DNA of 64,000 bases from Phycisphaerae bacterium (GTDB lineage: Bacteria > Planctomycetota > Phycisphaerae > UBA1845): the NCBI GenBank assembly GCA_963666835.2, contig CAXXGO010000001.1, positions 256,001-320,000 on the forward strand, read 5' to 3'. Below are positions 22,094 to 32,941 of this stretch, piece after piece. Position numbers and translations under genes: made by a program. How positions within the stretch are numbered: the first letter of the stretch is position 1; each line of letters begins with the position of its first letter. The notes beneath the pieces are model-generated. The model did no database searches and was not told the DNA's origin. It saw only the letters and a program-made list of their open reading frames with translations.

Positions 22094-22982
22094 GACTCGT
22101 TTTCACCTCCGTAAGCGTTTGCCCCGCTCGCTACTACGGCTCGACCCGGTGGGAAGCGATTCGCCCGGCGCGCCCCGGGTAAACCATCGCTCCGCGATCA
22201 ACCGCGCTTCCTCCCAGCCGTAGCAAGGGCTACTTCCAGCTCCTCTGTCCTACCAGACCTCCTGTGAACGTTCTTTCTGCGGCCACACCGCGTCCGCCAG
22301 AACGAGATCATTCATAGCTACCACTCTAACGGGATCATCGCCCATAATCCAGCAAAAAACCGCCCGAAATGCCGACAAAACCGGTATCGAATGCATTCCC
22401 AAAATGCCCTTCCCAGGCCCTCCAGTATCACAACAAGAACGTCCGGGAATTATCCCGTCACATGTTGTTGGCTGCCAACACTGGGACCGCGGGTTCTCGA
22501 GGATCCAGCCACGCAATCCGCCACACATAGTGCTGCGATAGCCATATTCCATGAACACTGAATTCTATGAGCGAACTTGGACGCAATCCCGCTGAATTCC
22601 GAGTCCGAGTTGTCATACAGTGAGACACAACGCTTGAAGATTGCGGATGGAACTGCTAGAGTCCACTGAATAGGGGAGTTAGGGGGCATGGGTCCAAGGG
22701 GGTGCCTGAGCAGCCTTGGCAGGAGGGATGGGAGCATCCCCCCCAACCGAAGACGCGCGGATCGCATTCCGTAAGCGCGCGTTGGTCATACCCTGACGCT
22801 GAGACGCGGAGTTGTAGGGTCTTTGGGCGAGGCCTGGTGTCAAGAAGGGCGCTTGGTCAATGTTCAAGAAGGCGGCAGCGAGAATCTCCGGAGGTTCGTG
22901 ATCTATGGGGGCGCCTGAGGGCATTTGTAAGTCAGAGGTTGCGCGGCCTGAAGAGGCCGGAGACGGAACACGAGGTAACGCG

Positions 22983-25484
22983 ATGAACGTAACGAAGTAT
23001 CGTCTCATCATTCCCGGGCTGTTAGTGATCGCAGCTCTGTTGGGTGCGGTCGTCAACTCGGCTGCTTCGCGGGCGGCAGAGGAGGTGGGCGTCTTGGCCG
23101 ACGTTCCGGTCTCGCCGCAAAGCTGCACTACAGACGAAGACTGCAACGACGGCAACGCGTGTACCGTAGACTCGTGCGAAGCGGACGTGTGCGTGAACGA
23201 AGCGATCGTGCCGTGCGTGCCCTGCGATGATCCCCCCGTATGCCCGCCGGTCGAGTTGGTCTTCGTGATGGACACTTCCGGATCGATGGGCGATGAAGCT
23301 GCAGCGTTGTGCAACAATATCGGCCAGATCACGGCCGAGCTCGAGGCGGTCGGTGTTTCGGTGAGTTCTCACCTTCTGGGTATAACGGAGACTCCGGGCG
23401 GGGTGTTCGATTGCCTGACTTCAGATGTGGTGACTATGCTCGGCGGGAACGTTCCGGGCGATGCTGCCGGCTGTCCCTTCCCGGGGACGTTTGCGGATCA
23501 CGAGTCGTGGGGGCCGGCGACGGCCATCATCGCCGAGCGGTTTCCCTGGGCGGCTGACGCGGTACGGGTGGTGGTTCCGCTCAGCGACGAGGGGCCGTGC
23601 AACGGCAGCCTGCCGGACGGATGTAACGCTACGGGTGACGACGGTGCTTCGATAGCCAATGCCATCACAGTGGCAACCGACAACGGAGTAACGGTCTCGC
23701 CGATTACCGGCACGGGTTCGGACAGTTGTGTTACGACGTTGGCAGAGAACCTCGCTGCCGGCACCGGCGGCGTCACGTTCCAGTCAAAGGACCCCGGCCT
23801 GGACTTGGCCGGCGCGGTTCATGCGATTGTTCTGGACCTTTGTGAGCCCGCTCCCTGCGACGACGGCAATGATTGCACGGTCAATGACCGCTGCATCGAC
23901 GGGGTGTGTCTGGGCGATACCCCCGACGATCTGCTGATCCCCTGCGACGAAGATTCGGACTGCGAGCCGTACGCAAGCAAGTTCGGCTGGTTCTGCGAGG
24001 AATCGCGTTTTGACAAGTTGGCCGGTTACTGCAACTGCGAATCGCCCACCCCGCTCTGCGTTGAGTTTGACAGGGCATGTTACGAGGAGGGGGGCGTGGT
24101 GGACGCGCGGATCGTCATGGGATACGGCACCGCGGAAGTGGCCGGCGGGCAGTTTCTGATGGAGTATGACCCGAGCTGCGTCGAGTTTGTCTCGATTGAG
24201 CCTTGTGACGACTCGATCTTCGTAACGGTTATCGCGGAAGGCGTGGACGAGACCGCCGGGCGAATCTGGTATGCCGCTCTTGCCTACGACCCAGTTACGC
24301 AGACCGCCTGGTCTACGCAAGGCCCGCACGATATTGCGTGTATGACGTTCAACAAGCTGCCGGGTTGTGATTCGTGCAACATTTGTTTGCTGAGCCAGAA
24401 CCCCCAGAATACGCTACTGACAGATAATCACGGGCAGAGCGTCTGGCTGGAGAACTGTGTGTGTAGCGAGGACATCACGGTTATTCGCGATACCGAGATC
24501 GTCTGCCCGGAGAGCATGTCCGTCGATACCGATGCGGGACAGTTGTCCGCAGTGGTCACCTGGGATGATATCCAGACTTCCTCGAATTGCGGCGAGGCGG
24601 TGGAGCTGGAATGTATGGCGACGCACAGTCTGGGGATCTCTATTGACCATCTGATTCAGAACGGAGGGACGTTTCCCGCCGGAGTAGCAACGTTCTACTG
24701 CATGGGGAAGGACTCCTCGGTGTGTTACGACGAGGATGAATGTTCCTGGACGATCGAAGTCAACGCGGTTAATACTGTGGAAGCTTCCATCCAACTCTCT
24801 CCCCCGGTGAGTGCGGGGATGACTGAGCGGTGTATTGAGTTCGAGTTCTTCGCAAACTGTGTCTCGCCTCCGACGGTGGTCCAGGAGCTGGTGGTCTTCG
24901 GCGGACCGTATAGTCTTCCGGGAGTCAGCGAGGATGTGATTCTGTCGATTCCGGCCAATTTGTACGAGTGCGCCACGGCCCGAGATCCACTTCACACGCT
25001 GCGGTCTACGACCAGGATGGTGGCCGAGGACGGGGTGTGGAAGGTCAAGTTTGCCGGCGACCCGATCTATGGGGGCAACTGGCTGGTCGGCGGGGATCTG
25101 ACCAACGACGGCCGGATCGACGCTCTTGACTTGGGCGCTTTCTTCGCCCATCCGCAGGGAGAACTCGCGGAAAACCCCGTTTGCCAATCGGAGGTGGTCC
25201 ATCCGGACATAGACGGTGACGGCATCGTCGGCGCCGTCGATCAAGGGATCATCGTGCAGAATTGGGGAGAGGTATCCATGGATAGTTGTTGCCCGACGGG
25301 CGGCACGTCCTCGGTGGATCCGCCCGTGGACGAGATCTCGGTTAAGGAACTTCGCAGACGTGGACTGGGCCATTACGGGGCTGCGGACCGCAACAATGAT
25401 GCGGTCGTCAACATCGACGACGGCACCGCCGCGGGGCCAGAGACATCGCCGACGGCAAAACGGACGAGCCTGCCCCGCAGGTAG
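22983..25484 (+). CDS. Secreted VWA-domain protein with Cys-rich repeats, cohesin-like, HYR-like and dockerin-like modules
   Basis: Signal peptide, MIDAS VMDTSGSM, CDDGNDCTVNDRC repeats, VAGGQFLMEYDPSCVEF and GDLTNDGRID/DIDGDGIV. Confidence 0.75.
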   Translation: MNVTKYRLIIPGLLVIAALLGAVVNSAASRAAEEVGVLADVPVSPQSCTTDEDCNDGNACTVDSCEADVCVNEAIVPCVPCDDPPVCPPVELVFVMDTSGSMGDEAAALCNNIGQITAELEAVGVSVSSHLLGITETPGGVFDCLTSDVVTMLGGNVPGDAAGCPFPGTFADHESWGPATAIIAERFPWAADAVRVVVPLSDEGPCNGSLPDGCNATGDDGASIANAITVATDNGVTVSPITGTGSDSCVTTLAENLAAGTGGVTFQSKDPGLDLAGAVHAIVLDLCEPAPCDDGNDCTVNDRCIDGVCLGDTPDDLLIPCDEDSDCEPYASKFGWFCEESRFDKLAGYCNCESPTPLCVEFDRACYEEGGVVDARIVMGYGTAEVAGGQFLMEYDPSCVEFVSIEPCDDSIFVTVIAEGVDETAGRIWYAALAYDPVTQTAWSTQGPHDIACMTFNKLPGCDSCNICLLSQNPQNTLLTDNHGQSVWLENCVCSEDITVIRDTEIVCPESMSVDTDAGQLSAVVTWDDIQTSSNCGEAVELECMATHSLGISIDHLIQNGGTFPAGVATFYCMGKDSSVCYDEDECSWTIEVNAVNTVEASIQLSPPVSAGMTERCIEFEFFANCVSPPTVVQELVVFGGPYSLPGVSEDVILSIPANLYECATARDPLHTLRSTTRMVAEDGVWKVKFAGDPIYGGNWLVGGDLTNDGRIDALDLGAFFAHPQGELAENPVCQSEVVHPDIDGDGIVGAVDQGIIVQNWGEVSMDSCCPTGGTSSVDPPVDEISVKELRRRGLGHYGAADRNNDAVVNIDDGTAAGPETSPTAKRTSLPRR

Positions 25485-25622
25485 GAGATGCCGGTAGCGG
25501 CTTTTCTGCTGCGGAATCTGCCGGACGATTGACCGTCTCGGGAATAACGCCCATGGATTGGGGCTCAACAACCGTTAATCGCAAGGACTGGGGCACTGGC
25601 CTTCTCTTAGGAGCGATGAGGG

Positions 25623-27386
25623 ATGGAGCGAAAGCGACTGATTGGGGTGGTCCTCGCACTCGCGCTGTTCACGGGTACATTCGTTACTGGGTCATCGGCG
25701 TATGCCGATGCGCCGCGGATTGTGGATGTCGACCCGCATCCCAGTGATTGGCTGGTCAGCCCGGATACGCCCCAGAGCATCACCATCACCTTCGATAACC
25801 CGGTTACCGTCGAGGCCGGAGCCGTGATAGGACGTACGACGGAGGGGACCGTACCCGTTTCCGCGTCCCCGTTGTTCACGCCGACAACCTCGCTTACGTT
25901 GGGGTTCGATGTGGAAAGTGGCAATACCGTCACCGTCGTCTTGAATCACTCCATCGTCGACGGCGAGGGGGTAGCCCTTGATGGTGAGATCGGCGAACCG
26001 GCCGACCCTGATCTTTCCGCGGGAAGCGGCGACGGTCAGCCGGGCGGACCGGCCGTCTTGCAGTTCTCGGTACTCTTCGGCGACGCGAATCGTGATGGAA
26101 AGGTCGATATGGTTGATGCCACGGCCATCGCTCAGGCTCTTAACGCCTGCGACGGGCTGGACCCCCGTTACGATGCTCTAGCCGACCTCGATCACAGCGG
26201 TTGTGTTGATGCGGCCGATTCCGATGCTTTGAATGCCGGTTGGGAGGATACGCTTCCGGTAACCGACGGCATCGCCCCCATGGTCGATACGATGGTGCCT
26301 GCCCCACCGGGGCCGCTGTCGCTTCCCAGCGACAAGTTGACGATAGTCTTTGACGAACCGATTGATCCCGACACCGTAACGAGCGGGGTAGTTTACGCGA
26401 TCGGTAGCGACGGAACCCTGGTGAATACGTCGGCGGTCCCCGAGATAATCGGTGACAGGACCCTTGAATGTCTGTTCGACGATCTGGGATGTGCACCGGG
26501 GTATTCGGTGCGAATCAGTAACTTGCTGGCCGATCTGACGGGTACGCCGGCGCTGGGGGCAACGTTCGAATTCCAGGGCGAGGACGCGATTGCCCCGGAG
26601 ATTGACTGCCCGGCGATGGTCTTTGTCAACAGTACGATCCCGTACGGTATCCCGGCAGAAGACCTGGCGGACTTGACGGTACTCGAGACGTTCCTGACCG
26701 GGGTCGATGCTACGGACAACTGCGGAGTGACCGCGGTCGAGAACTCGTTCGACTTCGCAACGGACCTTCCACTAGGTGCCACGACCGTGACTTTCTCGGC
26801 CGAGGACGAGGCGGGGAACGTTGCCCGTTGCGACGCGACGCTGATTGTGGTTCCGGCCGTGCCGTTGGCGTGCTGGGATTTGAATGAAAACGGCGTGGGT
26901 GACCCCGAAGAGGACATCGACGGTGACGGGAAGTACACCCCGATGGACTGCCAAGGCCCGATAGGACCCTCGGGTCCCAGCGGGGCGCAGGGCGTTGACG
27001 GGCAAGCGGGCGACGCAGGGATCTCTTGCTGGGATCTGAACGAAAATGGCGAGGCCGACGCTGAGGAGGACGTCAATGAGGACGGAGTCGTTGACGTCGA
27101 GGATTGTCGTGGCACCGACGGCGAGGATGGCCAAGACGGCGAGGACGGTGAAGACGGCGAGGACGGGGAGCAGGGACCTGTAGGTCCGGAAGGTCCCCAG
27201 GGGGTGACCGGGGCCGATGGCGCGGAGGGACCGCAGGGCGAACCGGGCGAATCCCCGGCCACTCAGGAGGTGCCCGCTGACGATGGATCCACTCCGAGCA
27301 GTCCGTGCGGAGCCTTCGGGATGATCAGTCTTACCTTCATGTTCCTGGGGCTTGGCGCCACCCGGACGGCGCTCCGGAGGTGGTAA
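25623..27386 (+). CDS. Secreted protein with Ig-like, dockerin, HYR and collagen-like regions and a C-terminal Cys-Gly-TM-Arg anchor
   Basis: GDANRDGKVDMVDA...ADLDHSGCVDAAD, LPLGATTVTFSAEDEAGN, Gly-X-Y runs, and C-terminus PCGAFGMISLTFMFLGLGATRTALRRW. Confidence 0.78.
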   Translation: MERKRLIGVVLALALFTGTFVTGSSAYADAPRIVDVDPHPSDWLVSPDTPQSITITFDNPVTVEAGAVIGRTTEGTVPVSASPLFTPTTSLTLGFDVESGNTVTVVLNHSIVDGEGVALDGEIGEPADPDLSAGSGDGQPGGPAVLQFSVLFGDANRDGKVDMVDATAIAQALNACDGLDPRYDALADLDHSGCVDAADSDALNAGWEDTLPVTDGIAPMVDTMVPAPPGPLSLPSDKLTIVFDEPIDPDTVTSGVVYAIGSDGTLVNTSAVPEIIGDRTLECLFDDLGCAPGYSVRISNLLADLTGTPALGATFEFQGEDAIAPEIDCPAMVFVNSTIPYGIPAEDLADLTVLETFLTGVDATDNCGVTAVENSFDFATDLPLGATTVTFSAEDEAGNVARCDATLIVVPAVPLACWDLNENGVGDPEEDIDGDGKYTPMDCQGPIGPSGPSGAQGVDGQAGDAGISCWDLNENGEADAEEDVNEDGVVDVEDCRGTDGEDGQDGEDGEDGEDGEQGPVGPEGPQGVTGADGAEGPQGEPGESPATQEVPADDGSTPSSPCGAFGMISLTFMFLGLGATRTALRRW

Positions 27387-27532
27387 CGCCTGGGCGGAGG
27401 AGTTTCCAGGGGTCTGGAGTCAACCACTCTGACTGCGGGGAGATTCCGCGTCCATCCGGCACGGGTCTTGACTGATTCCCGCGTCTGCCATACTACAGGG
27501 TTCCAGGTGCTTCAACGAAAGGTACCCTGTTT

Positions 27533-29035
27533 ATGGCTAAGGACCCCGGTTCCTCGCAACGTGTCGAAGATCGCATCGTTTCCAGCGGCCTGACGTTCGA
27601 CGACGTTCTGCTGATTCCTCGCCGGTCGGCGATTCTGCCGTCCGAAATCAACACGAGCACCCTGCTGACCTCGAACATCCGGCTGAATATCCCTCTCGTG
27701 TCCGCGGCGATGGACACGGTTACGGAATCGCGCCTCGCCATCGCCCTTGCGCAGGAGGGCGGTATCGGCATTATCCACAAGAACCTCAGCGTGGAAGCCC
27801 AATGTCGAGACGTCCATAAGGTCAAACGGTCGGAGAGTGGAGTGATCTTAGACCCGGTAACGATGGGGCCCGACGATCCCGTCTCGCTGGCCAAAGAGGT
27901 CATGTCGCTGCAGAACATCTCGGGGGTGCCGATCGTCGGGAGCGATGGCCGGCTGGTTGGGATCATCACTCGCCGCGACATGAAGTTCCTCGAGAACGAA
28001 GAGCTTAGAATCCGCGACGTGATGACCTCAGATAACCTGGTCACGGGTCCGCCGGATACCAGTCTGGAAGACGCTTCCAAGATCCTAAATCACGCGAAGG
28101 TGGAGAAGCTGCTTCTCGTGGATAAGGACCGCCGGCTGGCGGGGCTGATCTCGATGCGCGACATCGAGCGCTCTCGCAAGTACCGCGGAAGCTGCAAAGA
28201 CGCGCGGGGACGCTTGCGGGTGGGCGCTGCCGTTGGGGTCCATGATTACGAACGGGTCGAGGGTTTGATTGCGGCCGACGTGGACGTCGTTGTGGTGGAT
28301 ACGGCTCACGGTCACAGCGACAACGTGATCAACACGGTCAAAGAGATCCGCAAACGCTATGACATTGAGATCATCGCCGGCAATATCGCCACGGAGCAGG
28401 CCGCCCGGGATCTGATCGACGCCGGAGCGAACGCTCTGAAAGTGGGGATCGGTCCGGGGAGCATCTGCACGACGCGGGTCGTATCCGGGGTGGGCGTACC
28501 CCAGTTGACGGCGATCATGAACGTCTGCCGGGCGGCGTCGGCCGAGGGCATTCCCGTTATCGCCGATGGGGGCATTCGCCAGTCCGGCGACATTGCCAAG
28601 GCACTGGCGGCCGGAGCGCATACCGTGATGTTGGGCTCGCTCTTTGCCGGACTCGAAGAGGCACCGGGCGAAACGGTCACGTGGCAGGGGCGGCGGTTCA
28701 AGGAGTACCGGGGTATGGGCTCTCTAGGCGCTATGGTCAGAGGCTCGGCCGATCGTTACGGGCAGCAGGCGTCCCAGGGTGTTCAGAAGCTCGTTCCCGA
28801 AGGTATCGAAGGACGGGTGCCGTACCGGGGGCCGCTTTCCGACTATGTGTACCAACTGGTCGGCGGGGTGCGATCGGGAATGGGCTATTGCGGCGCCCGA
28901 ACCATCGACGAGCTCCGCACCGAGACAAGTTTTTACCGGATTACCGCCGCCGGGATTACAGAATCGCATCCACACGATGTTACGATCACACGAGAGTCGC
29001 CGAACTATGCGATGGAGTACCGCAATGAACAGTAG
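27533..29035 (+). CDS. guaB: IMP dehydrogenase
   Basis: [21 protein letters not shown] pair and [13 protein letters not shown]. Confidence 0.98.
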   Translation: MAKDPGSSQRVEDRIVSSGLTFDDVLLIPRRSAILPSEINTSTLLTSNIRLNIPLVSAAMDTVTESRLAIALAQEGGIGIIHKNLSVEAQCRDVHKVKRSESGVILDPVTMGPDDPVSLAKEVMSLQNISGVPIVGSDGRLVGIITRRDMKFLENEELRIRDVMTSDNLVTGPPDTSLEDASKILNHAKVEKLLLVDKDRRLAGLISMRDIERSRKYRGSCKDARGRLRVGAAVGVHDYERVEGLIAADVDVVVVDTAHGHSDNVINTVKEIRKRYDIEIIAGNIATEQAARDLIDAGANALKVGIGPGSICTTRVVSGVGVPQLTAIMNVCRAASAEGIPVIADGGIRQSGDIAKALAAGAHTVMLGSLFAGLEEAPGETVTWQGRRFKEYRGMGSLGAMVRGSADRYGQQASQGVQKLVPEGIEGRVPYRGPLSDYVYQLVGGVRSGMGYCGARTIDELRTETSFYRITAAGITESHPHDVTITRESPNYAMEYRNEQ

Positions 29036-29540
29036 CAGACGGGCTAAGGACGGCCGGGGAACGGGTGGATTGCACGGGCGGGCTTACCTGCGCCGTTTGG
29101 GCTTCGGGATGGCGCTGAGCGTCTGGATGATGATCCTCGGCGGGGGATGCCAACTCGCAGTCAGCCCCTATGCCGACGAGCTCGCGGATCAGCCGGCGGT
29201 TACCACGTTGTCCGCCGACGGTATTCGCGCGGCGAACGCGGCACCTCGCGAATCCGCTAGGAGGTTCGATCCGATCGAAATGCCACCCGGTTACGATGTT
29301 GGAGTTGATCATTTGCCTCTGTTCTTCGAGGATCCGTTCGAGGGGATGGGGAGCGAAGACGACCGGTTTGCCTGGACGGCTGAGGAGTATCTGTGTCTGG
29401 TGTACGGTCCCAGTCGTTTCCTGGTTAACGGCTTGTTTGCGCCGGTCAGCGCCGTGGTAACGCCTCCCTGGGTGACCATGAACAGTGACGGCATAATCGG
29501 CGAAAGGGATCGTGATCCGGTGCGGGCGGCCCGCAAGTAG
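29025..29540 (+). CDS. Hypothetical lipoprotein
   Basis: ATG overlaps the guaB end. Basic N-terminus, hydrophobic stretch, LGGGC lipobox-like site and HLPLFFEDP motif. Confidence 0.6.
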   Translation: MNSSRRAKDGRGTGGLHGRAYLRRLGFGMALSVWMMILGGGCQLAVSPYADELADQPAVTTLSADGIRAANAAPRESARRFDPIEMPPGYDVGVDHLPLFFEDPFEGMGSEDDRFAWTAEEYLCLVYGPSRFLVNGLFAPVSAVVTPPWVTMNSDGIIGERDRDPVRAARK

Positions 29541-29584
29541 GCCGGTTTGCGGCCGGGGGATCGTGCTCCGGCCCGCCTCGGCCG

Positions 29585-30616
29585 TTGAGGCGCAGTCTAC
29601 TTGGCGGATTGGCGGGTCGGGGTGATGCCGAAATCAAAGCTGGAGAACTCAATAGCGGAGCAGAAGCGATCATACCGGCACCGTCACAGCCCTTGACTCC
29701 GCGTTGCCCGGCTTGCGGCGAACCCGTCAATCTGCCGTCGCCGCCCGCTTGCCTGTTGTGCGGCTTCTCTTTCTGTCAGGGATCCAATACCGGCGTGGAC
29801 GTCACTCCGTACGCTCGGGCGCACGCTCGTGCTGAACCCGGCTGGAAGCGCATGGCCCAATGGGTGTGGTATTCCGGCCGCGAGCGGCAAAAGCACCTGG
29901 CGTTGATGCGTAGCTCGGCGGCGTCGCGACGCTTCGCCCGGCTGAGTCTGCTCCTGGTGTCGGTGGGGGTGGCGTTGCTGGAGACAAGCCGGACCGGATG
30001 GCGGTGGGTCTCGGCTATGGCGGAGATTGAACCGAGCAAGTCGACCGAACCGCGCGGCGTGGGTTGGCTGCACGTGGCCGGCATCCCCCCGACAGATTCG
30101 GAGCCGGGTGCCGTCGTGGACCTGTGGTGGAACCCGATTCAGACGGCGGTAACTCTGGCAGTGGCCTTGTTGCTGGGGTTTGTGGTCTGCTGCCTGGTCG
30201 TCAGGTTGCTGCGTGTCGGGGTAATGCAAGCTCACCGGCCGCCATACGCCGGCGACGAACGGATGACGGCCGCCGTGCATTACAGCACTGCGTGGGGCAT
30301 ACTGTTGTCTATCGCCGGGTTGATCGCGGCGTTTCGACCGGTCGGGTTCATCGGAGCGATGCAGCGGTGGCCCTGGTATCCGCCGGACGAGGGGTTTCTG
30401 CTCTCGGCGGCGGTCGTGGCCGGGTTCGGGGTGATGATGTGGTGGTTCTGGCTGATCCGGTTGGGAGCGACCGCCCCGGCGAAGACTCGCCGATCGGTGG
30501 TGGTCTTCTTCACGGTCACCACCCCTCTGATAGTGATCGCCACCGGAGTCGGCTGGTGGTTCGGTATTCCGGTGCTATTTAGCTTCCTCTTCGAGAGGAT
30601 GAAGCTGATGTTCTAG
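29585..30616 (+). CDS. Membrane protein with N-terminal zinc ribbon and Yip1-like TM region
   Basis: CPACG...CLLCG followed by about five TMs. It lies within the guaB-guaA run. Start uncertain. Confidence 0.6.
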   Translation: MRRSLLGGLAGRGDAEIKAGELNSGAEAIIPAPSQPLTPRCPACGEPVNLPSPPACLLCGFSFCQGSNTGVDVTPYARAHARAEPGWKRMAQWVWYSGRERQKHLALMRSSAASRRFARLSLLLVSVGVALLETSRTGWRWVSAMAEIEPSKSTEPRGVGWLHVAGIPPTDSEPGAVVDLWWNPIQTAVTLAVALLLGFVVCCLVVRLLRVGVMQAHRPPYAGDERMTAAVHYSTAWGILLSIAGLIAAFRPVGFIGAMQRWPWYPPDEGFLLSAAVVAGFGVMMWWFWLIRLGATAPAKTRRSVVVFFTVTTPLIVIATGVGWWFGIPVLFSFLFERMKLMF

Positions 30617-30632
30617 ATCTCCGAGAGATTCC

Positions 30633-32183
30633 ATGCATCCTTCGACAATCGCCATTCTGGATTTCGGCAGTCAATACGTACAACTCATCGCGCGCCGCGT
30701 GCGCGAGAATCACGTACACAGCGTGATCGTCCAGCCGGACATCTCATCGAAGGAACTCGAGGAGATGAACACGGTCGGTCTGATCTTCTCCGGGGGACCG
30801 TCCAGCGTCTACGGCGCGGGGGCGCCGCGTTGCCGAGAGGAGCTTCTGGCGATGGGCCTTCCCGTGCTGGGGATCTGTTACGGCATGCACGTGGCGTGCA
30901 ATATTCTCGGCGGCAATGTCGGCGAGACATCGTCGAAAGAGTACGGGCGTACCCCGATCGAGACCATCGGTACGAGCCGTCTGCTGGCCCATGTTCCGCC
31001 GCAGACTTCGGTGTGGATGAGCCACGGGGACGTCGTTGACCGGTTATCTGATGACTTCGTTCCGCTCGCTACGACGGAGAGTTGTCCGTATGCGGCGGTG
31101 CATCACCGGTCCAAACCGGTCTACGGGGTGCAGTTTCACCCCGAAGTTTCACATACACCGTACGGTAACCAGATCATCCGCAATTTCCTCTACGACATTT
31201 GCGGTTGCACGGGCGACTGGCAGGTCGGACACGTCATCGATACGTCGATCGCGGCGATTCGGGCGCAGGTCGGCGGATCTGCCCGAGTGATCTGCGGTTT
31301 GTCCGGCGGGGTGGACAGTAGTGTCACGGCCAAGCTACTGCACGAGGCGATCGGCGATCGACTCACCTGTATCTTCGTCGATAACGGCTTGATGCGCAAC
31401 GGCGAGGTCGATCTGGTGGAGGCCACTTTCTGCGAACATTTCAAGATCGATCTACGCGTGGCCGACGCCGTCGACCGGTTCCTCGACAAGCTTGAAGGAG
31501 TGGACGATCCCCAGCAAAAGCGGATCATCATCGGTCACGAGTTCATCGACGTTTTCAAGAGCGAAGCGCAAGACATCCCGAATGCCAGATTCCTGGCTCA
31601 AGGGACTCTCTACCCCGACGTGATCGAGTCGGGACACAGTGCGGCCGGGGAGGCGGCCAACATAAAACTGCACCACAACGTCGGAGGTTTGCCCGCGGAG
31701 CTGGGCTTCGAACTGGTCGAACCGTTACGCGACCTCTTCAAGGACGAGGTTCGCCGCGTGGGTGAGCATCTCGGCTTGCCCGAGGAGATTGTCTGGCGAC
31801 ATCCGTTCCCCGGGCCGGGCTTGGCCGTGCGAATCCTCGGACCGGTTACGCGGGAGCGGCTGGCCGTGCTCCGCGACGCGGACGAGATCATCATCGAGGA
31901 GATCCGCACGGCCGGCTGGTACAATAAGATCGCCCAGGCCTTCGGCGTTCTGCTGCCGGTCAGTGCCGTGGGCGTAATGGGCGACGGTCGGAGCTATTCG
32001 GGGCAACAGGTGTTAGCGGTGCGTTTCGTGGAGACCACCGATTTCATGACGGCCGACTGGGTCCATGTCGACTATGACGTTCTCGGCCGGATCGCCACCC
32101 GCATCAACAACGAAGTCTCCGGAATCAACCGGGTGGTCTACGACGTCTCCTCGAAACCTCCTGCTACGATCGAGTGGGAGTAA
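30633..32183 (+). CDS. guaA: GMP synthase (glutamine-hydrolysing)
   Basis: LDFGSQY, GICYGM, QFHPEV, SGGVDS and [10 protein letters not shown]. Confidence 0.98.
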   Translation: MHPSTIAILDFGSQYVQLIARRVRENHVHSVIVQPDISSKELEEMNTVGLIFSGGPSSVYGAGAPRCREELLAMGLPVLGICYGMHVACNILGGNVGETSSKEYGRTPIETIGTSRLLAHVPPQTSVWMSHGDVVDRLSDDFVPLATTESCPYAAVHHRSKPVYGVQFHPEVSHTPYGNQIIRNFLYDICGCTGDWQVGHVIDTSIAAIRAQVGGSARVICGLSGGVDSSVTAKLLHEAIGDRLTCIFVDNGLMRNGEVDLVEATFCEHFKIDLRVADAVDRFLDKLEGVDDPQQKRIIIGHEFIDVFKSEAQDIPNARFLAQGTLYPDVIESGHSAAGEAANIKLHHNVGGLPAELGFELVEPLRDLFKDEVRRVGEHLGLPEEIVWRHPFPGPGLAVRILGPVTRERLAVLRDADEIIIEEIRTAGWYNKIAQAFGVLLPVSAVGVMGDGRSYSGQQVLAVRFVETTDFMTADWVHVDYDVLGRIATRINNEVSGINRVVYDVSSKPPATIEWE

Positions 32184-32479
32184 CCTTGTTGCCAGTGGAA
32201 CTCGCTGAGGCTCGACGCCTCGGCCTTGACCCATTTCGAGGAGTCGCGTTTCAGGTCGCGGATCACACCCACGACATCACTGGTCTTTCCGAGTCTGTAC
32301 AGAATGTGAACATGATCCTCTGTGCCGCCCACGGTCAATGCCGGCCAAGCCAGGTTCCGGCAGATTCCCGCAAGATATCGATGAGTACGCCGGTAGAACT
32401 CGTTGTTCGCCAAGAAGGCCTTGCGGTGATTTGTCGAGAATACGATGTGGATGTAGATCTGAACTAACGATTGTGGCAT
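32180..32479 (-). pseudogene. tnpA: IS200/IS605-family (Y1 HUH) transposase, 3'-truncated
   Basis: HIVFST, EDHVH and WQQGY, after which the frame runs into antisense guaA. The catalytic-Tyr helix is missing. Confidence 0.85.
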
Positions 32480-32494
32480 AATTCAGCCGTGTAA

Positions 32495-32900
32495 AGCCCC
32501 TTCGGGGTTTGTGGCATTCGGGTGGACGCCAACCCAGGGTGCGCTGCGCGACCCTGGGCTTTGCTGTTCAGCCCCTTTGGGGCAGGCAGAATGAAGCTCT
32601 CTCACACATCGCAACGCTGCGATCCACCGCTTGGCTCTCCGGGGGAGATCGCGTTGGTATTCCTTTCCGACCGACCACCGTTCTACCCTTTAGAAAACGC
32701 AGGGCCAACCGTTTGCCCGTTTCAGTATTCCGGTCCGCCGTTCAGTTGAACCACCGGCGAAACCAACGCCGCAGGCGTTATACAACAAAGCCCAGGGTAA
32801 GCGCAGCGGCGCAGCCGCGAAGCGCCACCCTGGGTGTCCGGTCGATCAAGCTCATCGAACCCTGACAGGGTTCTACAGACCGACCCCGTGGGGTTGCGTC
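32495..32900. repeat. Second palindromic repeat family (CCCAGGGT...ACCCTGGG; AACCC...GGGTT hairpins) beside tnpA
   Basis: Hairpins at ~32495-32585 and ~32760-32900. Related inverted copies at ~52240-52345 and ~55417-55522. Confidence 0.7.
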
Positions 32901-32941
32901 ACGGTGCCGACATTCCGACCCTCAAACGTCGTCCGAAATCC

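Noticed and set aside
22095..22980. Riboswitch in the long divergent intergenic region
   Set aside because: Hairpins are present near 22130-22230, but I could match no known consensus.
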